Positions 7,412-13,412 of a stretch of 13,412 nucleotides of DNA are shown piece by piece (the stretch's first letter is position 1; each line of letters begins with the position of its first letter). The notes beneath the pieces are model-generated. The model searched no databases. It was not told the DNA's origin and saw only the letters and a program-made list of their open reading frames with translations. Made by a program: the position numbers and the translations under genes. The stretch is from Bdellovibrionota bacterium (GTDB taxonomy: Bacteria; Bdellovibrionota_C; UBA2361; OMIW01), in contig JBIJBT010000075.1 in assembly GCA_044345055.1 (NCBI GenBank), positions 1 through 13,412 on the forward strand. The letters are read 5' to 3'.

Positions 7412-8890
7412 ATGACTATCTCAGCGATCCCAACCCTCACCAAAGAGCAGTGCTCTCCCGCGTATTCAGTTACGGTTCGGATACAGATAACGAATGCTCC
7501 GGGTCGATTTGCTTCTGTATTACAGCTGATCGGCGAGGCGCACGGTTCGGTCGCCGAAATCACCCTGATTAAGGGCACCTTCTCGTACACACTGCGCGAT
7601 GTGACAATTAACACCCGTAGCGAGGAACACGCAGCAGAGATCGTTTCTCTTCTTGCACGAACTCCCTTTTGCTCTCTTGTCGCATGGCAGGACGACACAT
7701 TCGTGTTGCACCGCGGGGGCGTTTTAGAGGTTCAACCAAAGGTGCCGGTCAAAAATGCCGAAACTCTCGCTCGCCTCTACACTCCGGGTGTTGCTCGGGT
7801 GTGTACCGCTATCAAGAATGACCCCGAGAGTGTTTACGCCCACACCACCAAGGGTAACACCGTAGCGGTTATTACTGACGGTACCGCAGTGCTTGGGCTT
7901 GGTGATATCGGGCCAAAGGCTGCGCTCCCCGTTATGGAGGGAAAAGCTGCGCTCTTTAAGCAATTTGCGGGAGTTGATGCGGTGCCGATCTGCTTGTCGG
8001 TTACCGATGTTGATGAGGTGGTGAGCGTTGTAAAGGCGATGAGCACCAGTTTCGGCGGGATAAATCTTGAGGATATCTCCGCACCGCGATGCTTCGAAAT
8101 TGAGGAGCGATTGCAGCGAGAGCTTGATATTCCGGTGTTTCATGATGACCAGCACGGCACAGCAGTTGTGGTGCTTGCGGCGCTGATGAATGCCGCAAAG
8201 CTCGTCGGCAAGCCCTTTGAGTCCCTTAAGGTTGTGGTGTGTGGGTTTGGCGCTGGCGGGGTTGCGTGCACTAAGATGCTGATTGAGGCTGGGGTGCGCC
8301 GAGTAGTGCCGTGTGATAGCAGGGGAATTGTCTACAAAGGGCGACCGTACGGCATGAATTCGATGAAGGAAGCACTCGTCGAACAGATTTTAGAGCAGCC
8401 GCAAGAGGGAACTATCGCTGATGCTCTTGTAGGGGCGGATGTCTTCGTCGGTGTTTCGCGACCTGGTTCGGTATCGCTCGATATGGTTAAGGCGATGGCA
8501 CCCGATCCAATAGTATTTGTGCTCGCAAATCCGGTGCCCGAGCTTCTTCCGCACGAGTTGGTCGGGATTGCCCGGGTTGTGGCCACGGGTCGCTCCGATT
8601 ACGCCAATCAGGTCAACAATGCCCTCTGTTTTCCGGGAATCTTCCGGGGAGCGCTTGCGTGTCACGCTCGCCAGATCACTTCGCAGATGAAGATATCGGC
8701 AGCAGAAGCAATTGCTGGTCTTATTGCCCCGAGTGAACTTCGGGAGGATTACATTATTCCGAGCATCTTTGATCCACTCGTGGCAGAGGCGGTCGAGAAG
8801 CGGGTCGTTGAGGCGGCGCATCGCGACGGAGTTGCACGTACCCGCGTCAGAGATGTCACGATGATTGAAAACGCTCATCGGCCGCTCTAG
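7412..8890 (+). CDS. NAD(P)-dependent malic enzyme with an N-terminal ACT domain
   Basis: Motifs YTPGVA, VAVITDGTAVLGLGDIGP-A-LPVMEGK, GGINLEDISAPRCFEIE, PVFHDDQHGTA, GFGAGG, LANPVPE and ATGRSDYANQVNNALCFPGIFRG. The ACT-like N-terminus reads VRIQITNAPGRFASV. ATG 7412 (GGAAAGG upstream) is preferred to TTG 7373. Confidence 0.95.
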   Translation: MTISAIPTLTKEQCSPAYSVTVRIQITNAPGRFASVLQLIGEAHGSVAEITLIKGTFSYTLRDVTINTRSEEHAAEIVSLLARTPFCSLVAWQDDTFVLHRGGVLEVQPKVPVKNAETLARLYTPGVARVCTAIKNDPESVYAHTTKGNTVAVITDGTAVLGLGDIGPKAALPVMEGKAALFKQFAGVDAVPICLSVTDVDEVVSVVKAMSTSFGGINLEDISAPRCFEIEERLQRELDIPVFHDDQHGTAVVVLAALMNAAKLVGKPFESLKVVVCGFGAGGVACTKMLIEAGVRRVVPCDSRGIVYKGRPYGMNSMKEALVEQILEQPQEGTIADALVGADVFVGVSRPGSVSLDMVKAMAPDPIVFVLANPVPELLPHELVGIARVVATGRSDYANQVNNALCFPGIFRGALACHARQITSQMKISAAEAIAGLIAPSELREDYIIPSIFDPLVAEAVEKRVVEAAHRDGVARTRVRDVTMIENAHRPL

Positions 8891-8908
8891 CGGCTACGGG
8901 GGACTTTA

Positions 8909-9730
8909 ATGCTCACGATTGCAGTTATACTAGGGATCATCGAGGGGCTGACCGAATTTTTGCCCGTTTCGAGCACTGGTCACCTCATCATTGCGGGACA
9001 TCTCCTCGGGTTCACCGATGAGACTGCTGATACGTTCGAGGTGTTCATTCAGCTTGGTGCGATCCTTGCGGTTGTGGTGCTGTATTGGCGGCGTTTTCTT
9101 GCATTGTTGCCTTACGAATCTTCCGGTGGCGTTGGGAGCAGACGGGAGAGCGCGATAACCGGGTGGAACGGTATCGTGAAGCTCGCAGCAGCTTGTGCTC
9201 CGGTGTTTGTCCTGGGGCTGCTCGCCCGAGATGCTATCAAGGCATATCTCTTTTCTCCGACCCCGGTTGCTTGGGCTCTTATTGTCGGTGGTATCGTGAT
9301 GATTTTCGTTGATCGAGATCATCGCGCTGCTCGTGGAGAGCGGGTAGGCCTTGATGATATCTCCCTAAAACAGGCGGTCGGGATTGGGTGTCTTCAGTGT
9401 TTTGCGTTGTGGCCCGGCATATCTCGAAGTGGTGCAACGATTATCGGCGGGCTAGCGTGTGGGCTAGAGCGCCGCGCCGCCGCAGAGTTCTCCTTTCTTG
9501 TGGCGGTTCCGGTCATGGCTGTTGCCACCGTTTTTGATCTGTTAAAGAGCCTTTCCCACCTTTCGAGCGATGTATTCGTGCCGTTTTTGGTAGGATTTAT
9601 CGTCTCTTTTATCGTTGCAATCGCGGCTATTCGCGCTTTTGTTGCATTCCTTGGCTCGTTTTCGATGCTGCCGTTCGGGGTGTATCGGGTGGTGCTAGGG
9701 GTAGGGTTGTTGGCTTTGGGGGTTGGATAG
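8909..9730 (+). CDS. uppP: Undecaprenyl-diphosphate phosphatase (BacA family)
   Basis: Signature motifs GIIEGLTEFLPVSSTGHL, IQLGAILAV, PGISRSGATI and AAEFSFL. GGGGA RBS upstream. Confidence 0.97.
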   Translation: MLTIAVILGIIEGLTEFLPVSSTGHLIIAGHLLGFTDETADTFEVFIQLGAILAVVVLYWRRFLALLPYESSGGVGSRRESAITGWNGIVKLAAACAPVFVLGLLARDAIKAYLFSPTPVAWALIVGGIVMIFVDRDHRAARGERVGLDDISLKQAVGIGCLQCFALWPGISRSGATIIGGLACGLERRAAAEFSFLVAVPVMAVATVFDLLKSLSHLSSDVFVPFLVGFIVSFIVAIAAIRAFVAFLGSFSMLPFGVYRVVLGVGLLALGVG

Positions 9731-9768
9731 AAAAAAAGAACCCCGGCGCCTTGGCGCTTGGGGGGTTC
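9731..9768 (-). terminator. Intrinsic terminator for the minus-strand flgE/tonB/hypothetical unit (possibly bidirectional)
   Basis: GAACCCC(9738-9744) pairs with GGGGTTC(9762-9768) around an inner GGCGC/GCGCT stem. The adjacent A7 (9731-9737) is a U-tract on the minus-strand RNA, between convergent genes. Confidence 0.75.
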
Positions 9769-9784
9769 CGTAGGGTGAGGCAGC

Positions 9785-10093
9785 TTAGGCCTCGGGGTTG
9801 GTTTTTACAACCCAATTCCAGTGCCTGCTCTCCTCGAGCGTGGCACGGGCTTGTTGGACCAATTCGTCAGGAATTTGGTCCGCAATCACAGCGATTGCTA
9901 CAACGACCTGCCCATCCTCAAAAATGGCAGTTTCGCGGGTCAAAAGCGTTTTGGCGGCCTCTACGCAGGCCTTTCTTGTTTTTGGACTAAGCCCTTCAAC
10001 CCATCGGCGGAAGCCTTCGGCTGAGGTAGTCCCGCACAAATTTCTCAGTTCATCAAGCAGCAAGGGCTGACTGATGTTGCAGGAAGGAAGCAT
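9785..10093 (-). CDS. Small hypothetical protein (102 aa)
   Basis: ATG with a GGAG Shine-Dalgarno just upstream (TTGGAGCAATTATG on -). It fills the gap between tonB and the terminator. No family recognised. Confidence 0.7.
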   Translation of the reverse strand: MLPSCNISQPLLLDELRNLCGTTSAEGFRRWVEGLSPKTRKACVEAAKTLLTRETAIFEDGQVVVAIAVIADQIPDELVQQARATLEESRHWNWVVKTNPEA

Positions 10094-10173
10094 AATTGCT
10101 CCAAAAAAGGCCCGTAGACCCTACCATTAACACACAGTTCCCACAACCCCCCCAAAAAAAACATTTCCCCTCT

Positions 10174-11115
10174 TCACCCCCCTAACCGAAACTCCACCGG
10201 AATCACAAATGCCACTCGGTCTTTGCGTAGATCTCTCGGAAATGCGGGGAAGGGGGAGGCGCGTTTGACCATGGCGAGGAGCTCGTCATCAAGGATGGGA
10301 GTATTGGTCGAGCGGAGAATCGTCATCTGCGAAACTGATCCATCGGCGCTAATCTCGAGCCGAATCGAGCCCTCGCCCGTCTTTCGTCGTTTGAGTGCCC
10401 GCTCGGGATACCTCTTGGACCGAGCGAGCTGCTTTGCGACCATATCCTGATAGCTGATGCGGGCCTGTTCGAGGCTGGTTGCATCCCCATTAGCGATGCC
10501 AAACGGTTGAGGGGCGCTCGGTTGTGAACTCGTTGCATCGAGGGGGGCGCTCGAGTTCGCTGCTGGGTTTGCTGATGAGTTCACGGTCGGGTTAATGCGT
10601 AAAGATTTCTCACGGGCGAGCGTATCGGAACGGGCCTGAGCCGAAGATGTCTCGTTATCAACCTTTAGTCGCACTCGTTTTTGGAGTTTTGGTAGCGAAG
10701 GAGCTACGCTCGATGCCACATTTTTTGGAGCATGCTCTGGAGCCGCCGCAACGGGCTTCGATTGAGGAGGAGTTGCTGCTTGAGGCTCCAGCGGAGTTTG
10801 CGGAGGGACTGGAACTCCGCGAGGGAGGTGGGTTTCGAGAGCAGAGAGAGGAATGAGCGAGATATCGAAAGAGTTTTCAATCTGCGGTTTTGTAGCCGTG
10901 TCTATGTGATGCTGATTAAATGAAGATGAAAAGATAAGCCCAATAATTGAGCTGTGCATCACGGCAGAGATCACTAATGAGCGGCTGAGCGCGAGGCGCG
11001 ACGCGACAGCCGCACGATGCAGAGGAACTCCCCGCATCGAAGGCGGAGTGAGGCCATTGGGGGGAGCACAGGAATCTTCGAGAGCTGACACGACAGGTCT
11101 TCCAATCAAGCTCAC
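10174..11115 (-). CDS. tonB: TonB-family energy transducer (N-terminal TM anchor, Pro/Ala/Ser-rich linker, TonB_C domain); start uncertain (TTG 11124, GTG 11115 or ATG 11037)
   Basis: The TM helix has the SxxxH motif (VISAVMHSSIIGL), followed by a Pro-rich spacer (PVPPQTPLEPQAATPPQSKP). The C-terminus reads YPERALKRRKTG...LEISADGSV...ILRST...LDDELLAMVKRASPFP...IPVEFRL. Confidence 0.85.
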   Translation of the reverse strand: MSLIGRPVVSALEDSCAPPNGLTPPSMRGVPLHRAAVASRLALSRSLVISAVMHSSIIGLIFSSSFNQHHIDTATKPQIENSFDISLIPLSALETHLPRGVPVPPQTPLEPQAATPPQSKPVAAAPEHAPKNVASSVAPSLPKLQKRVRLKVDNETSSAQARSDTLAREKSLRINPTVNSSANPAANSSAPLDATSSQPSAPQPFGIANGDATSLEQARISYQDMVAKQLARSKRYPERALKRRKTGEGSIRLEISADGSVSQMTILRSTNTPILDDELLAMVKRASPFPAFPRDLRKDRVAFVIPVEFRLGG

Positions 11116-11152
11116 CCGTAACAAAACGGGAAGCCGAACCGAGGGTTGTGAG

Positions 11153-11179
11153 TTATCGACTGTAGTTTATTCCGGTTTG
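11153..11179 (-). promoter_or_regulatory. Candidate sigma28 (FliA/SigD)-type promoter upstream of tonB
   Basis: The minus strand reads CAAA-N15-GTCGATAA against the consensus TAAA-N15-GCCGATAA: exact spacing with one mismatch per box. Confidence 0.35.
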
Positions 11180-11216
11180 GCCTGCTTGTAAAACCGCCGT
11201 TTGGTATTTTGCTCAT

Positions 11217-12485
11217 TTACCCGAGAAGCTGAATCGTTTGGCGCATCAGATCAGAGGTACTGTTAAGTATTTTGCTATTTGCCTCGTAGCCTCGTTGCAT
11301 CAGGATAAGGGTAGTAAACTCTTTGCCGATATCGGTTGTAGATTGTTCGAGGCTCTGTCCGACGATGAGCCCGGCTCTGTCATCACCTGGGCGCAAAAAG
11401 GTAGTGGTGCCTGATTTAGCTGTTTGCCCAAAATCATTGTCTCCAACACGCTCAAGCCCATCAACATTAGTGACATCGGCGAGGATGAGTGTGCCGAGTG
11501 GTGCGCGGGAACCGTTCGAGAGAATCGCCTGAATAGTTCCATTTTTCTCTATTTCATAGGACTCAACCCGACCTGCACCCTTGCCATCAACGTTAATCGA
11601 CGTTGTGCTGCCGGGGCTGGCGAACTGGACGAAATTACCGAGGCCGATAGAAATAGCAGCGGGCGCAGAACCGTTTGCAAAGGTTGGTGCGATCGGGAGT
11701 GTGGCAGCTGCAAGATTGGCGGGATCGATTAAGCCGTTTGCGGTAAATGTTAAGTTCACGTTTGCCCCGAGCTGAGTCGGCACTCCTGCGGTACCTCCCT
11801 GAATGTCACTCCCATTGGAGTGTGCCTGAACGGTCCAGCTATTAGCTGCAGTCCGAAAAAACGAAAGTGTAACGGGATGGCTGGCGCCTAGTGAATCGTA
11901 CACTTCGAGAGTAGTTTGATACGAAGCGCTGTCAGCGAGCGCACTAAAGGTTGCTGGATTCGCTGGTGGGGTAGTAATCGCGGCATTTGAGGGCAGATTT
12001 CCGGCGAGACTCGCTGCTGTGGTCGCCTGTCCAGCAATACCGGTCACTGTTCGCATGTTTATCGGTGCGAGCTCCTCGCTCCCAACCGCATATCCAAGGA
12101 CCTGCTGGCCGGTGTTAGTGGTAAGAAACCCTTCAGCATCGAGGGTGAACGATCCATCGCGGGTCAGGAGGGGAGCCTCTGCGTCGCCAACGAGAAAAAA
12201 TCCATTCCCATTAATAGCGGTGTCGAGCTCCCGGCCGGTTGGGTCGAGATTCCCCTCGATATGAATGGGGCGAACTGCCGCTATTGCTGTTCCATTGCCC
12301 ACCGCTGGCCCGCCCCACGAATCACGCCCATCGTATCCATCGGCGACGAGATCCTGAAACTCTGCGCGAGACGCCTTAAAGCCGGTTGTGCTTGAGTTGG
12401 CAATATTATCCCCCACCACCCCAATCGCCATGCCGTGGGCATCGATACCGGATCTGCTGGAATAAAGAGCTGATTCAAGACGCAT
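11217..12485 (-). CDS. flgE: Flagellar hook protein FlgE (422 aa from ATG 12485)
   Basis: N-terminal rod/hook motif SGI...GDNIANSSTTGFKASRAEFQDL, then TGRELDTAINGNGFF, TRDGSF, the hook-type VYDSLGASH, and C-terminal SLEQS..D...LI.MQRGYEANSK. GGAG lies 10 nt upstream of ATG 12485; the ORF-track start at 12569 falls inside the sigma54 element. Confidence 0.93.
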   Translation of the reverse strand: MRLESALYSSRSGIDAHGMAIGVVGDNIANSSTTGFKASRAEFQDLVADGYDGRDSWGGPAVGNGTAIAAVRPIHIEGNLDPTGRELDTAINGNGFFLVGDAEAPLLTRDGSFTLDAEGFLTTNTGQQVLGYAVGSEELAPINMRTVTGIAGQATTAASLAGNLPSNAAITTPPANPATFSALADSASYQTTLEVYDSLGASHPVTLSFFRTAANSWTVQAHSNGSDIQGGTAGVPTQLGANVNLTFTANGLIDPANLAAATLPIAPTFANGSAPAAISIGLGNFVQFASPGSTTSINVDGKGAGRVESYEIEKNGTIQAILSNGSRAPLGTLILADVTNVDGLERVGDNDFGQTAKSGTTTFLRPGDDRAGLIVGQSLEQSTTDIGKEFTTLILMQRGYEANSKILNSTSDLMRQTIQLLG

Positions 12486-12553
12486 GGCGCTATTTCTCCG
12501 GGGCGGTTGGTAGGAAAAAATCTCCGAGTAGCGGAGGTTCCTTAGGTTAATGG

Positions 12554-12569
12554 GCAAGGAAGATGCCAA
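12554..12569 (-). promoter_or_regulatory. Sigma54 (RpoN) -24/-12 promoter of flgE
   Basis: The minus strand reads TTGGCATCTTCCTTGC, matching YTGGCACG-N4-TTGC with exact GG-N10-GC spacing. It lies 68 nt upstream of the flgE ATG in the correct orientation. Confidence 0.8.
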
Positions 12570-12720
12570 GGAGACGAGATAGGACGGCGTTATACGGTTC
12601 GGCGGGCGGGAATTTTTTTTAGGGAAATGGGTGTGATGAGGAAACTTTTTTCTCCTTGGGCCGTTAAGAGAGAGTCTTTACCGATTTTTTGCTCCTTTTT
12701 AAAAACTAATTTTGGGTGCC

Positions 12721-13311
12721 ATGGCGTTTTGTATTCCCTCATTAGCTGATGATTACCTCGCAACCCCACCTCTTCAACCTCGGCTCTGCTCATCGTCGGA
12801 GACTACCGAGGTGCTTCGTCGTCGCTGCGCACGGTACCGAAGGGTGGTACGGAAACTCCGGCAACAGATCGCGCGGCGGGCGCTTTCTCAAGTTGCCGAG
12901 GTGATAGAAGCCCACGAGGCCACCGTTCGGGCAACTCTTGAGGATTTGCTCGTGGGATTGGTGCTTGAGGGGGCAACGCAGATAGTGGAACGAATGGGGA
13001 GTGGATTTCCTGATCTCATGGCCGAACGGCTGGCGCGGGAGGCGGAGAGATTTGCAACGACGGTGCTTCGGGGAGAGCGGGAGGTCGTGGTTCGGGCCCA
13101 TCCCGAAGATAGGGCGATCATCGCGAATCGTTGCGGCGGTCTTATCGGATGGCGATGGGAGGACAATCCGAGGCAGCCTCGCGGCGAGATCTCTCTAAAT
13201 CTAACCTCGGGGGTAATCACTATCCGATGGCGAAATCTCGTGCGGAGCTTTGCGGGGGCTCTGGGCGATGGTGAAAAGGAATTAGGGGGAGTGTTTGATG
13301 GCGAGCGATGA
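12721..13311 (+). CDS. Divergent FliH/SctL(YscL/HrpE)-like type III export ATPase stator protein
   Basis: A helical middle region is followed by a FliH-type C-terminal pattern (LVLEGATQIV...VVVRAHPEDRAII...EDNPRQPRGEISLNLTSGVI). Flagellar context supports the call. ATG 12721 is chosen but the start is uncertain. Confidence 0.7.
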   Translation: MAFCIPSLADDYLATPPLQPRLCSSSETTEVLRRRCARYRRVVRKLRQQIARRALSQVAEVIEAHEATVRATLEDLLVGLVLEGATQIVERMGSGFPDLMAERLAREAERFATTVLRGEREVVVRAHPEDRAIIANRCGGLIGWRWEDNPRQPRGEISLNLTSGVITIRWRNLVRSFAGALGDGEKELGGVFDGER

Positions 13312-13412
13312 AAAGCTTCTGGTGGAGCGTATACGGCACCGCGTCACCGCCGCGATCTCTGGTCGGACCGCCATTTCAATCGAAGGAAGCGTCCGAGCAG
13401 TGCGTGATGACG
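13298..13412 (+). CDS. N-terminus of a probable FliI/SctN export ATPase (runs off the window)
   Basis: Not in the ORF track. ATG 13298 follows GGGGGAG and overlaps the 3' end of the fliH-like gene by 14 nt. The frame is open to the window end: MASDEKLLVERIRHRVTAAISGRTAISIEGSVRAVRDD. The GxVxxV strand and the conserved fliH-fliI order suggest the identity. Confidence 0.5.
   Translation, partial: MASDEKLLVERIRHRVTAAISGRTAISIEGSVRAVRDD

Noticed and set aside
11090..11216. Cobalamin riboswitch upstream of tonB, suggested by GGAAGACCTG on the minus strand
   Set aside because: Only the 3' B12-box-like fragment is present; the GGGAA...GGTG...CCCGC.ACTGT core is absent and the spacer is too short.
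12486..12569. 28-aa N-terminal extension of FlgE in the ORF track
   Set aside because: The TTG lies inside the sigma54 promoter; ATG 12485 has an RBS and gives a normal FlgE N-terminus.
12665..12687. Sigma28-like TAAG...ACCGATTT upstream of the fliH-like gene
   Set aside because: The spacing is 11 nt rather than 15, and both boxes are mismatched.
375..13220. Numerous 60-167 aa alternative-frame and antisense ORFs in the track (e.g. 639-1142, 7724-8155, 8390-8878, 8930-9322)
   Set aside because: They overlap well-supported genes and have no recognisable motifs; they are expected shadow ORFs at this GC content.

Overview
A 13.4-kb bacterial chromosomal segment, mostly housekeeping, with no RNA genes, CRISPR array or recognisable mobile element. 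The + strand carries a 5'-truncated ornithine carbamoyltransferase (argF), a 640-aa AT-rich unknown protein and an MFS transporter. A convergent 2-TM hypothetical gene and a 450-bp AT-rich divergent intergenic region follow. Next is a + strand run of an ArnT/PMT-like glycosyltransferase, an ACT-domain malic enzyme and uppP. The - strand then carries flgE, a TonB-family gene and a 102-aa hypothetical gene ending in an intrinsic terminator. Divergent from flgE are a FliH/SctL-like gene and the start of a probable FliI/SctN ATPase. Main observations: (1) the 640-aa protein is an internal tandem duplication of a DHH/MYG1-like metallo-phosphoesterase module; the C-terminal copy keeps the putative metal ligands and the N-terminal copy has lost nearly all of them (pseudoenzyme + enzyme). 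(2) flgE stands alone with its own sigma54 promoter and is followed by a tonB-like gene; the spacer between them holds a sigma28-like element and a perfectly bridging 34-codon ORF. (3) G-tract (G-quadruplex-like) clusters recur at gene ends. All assignments come from motifs read by eye; no database searches were run.
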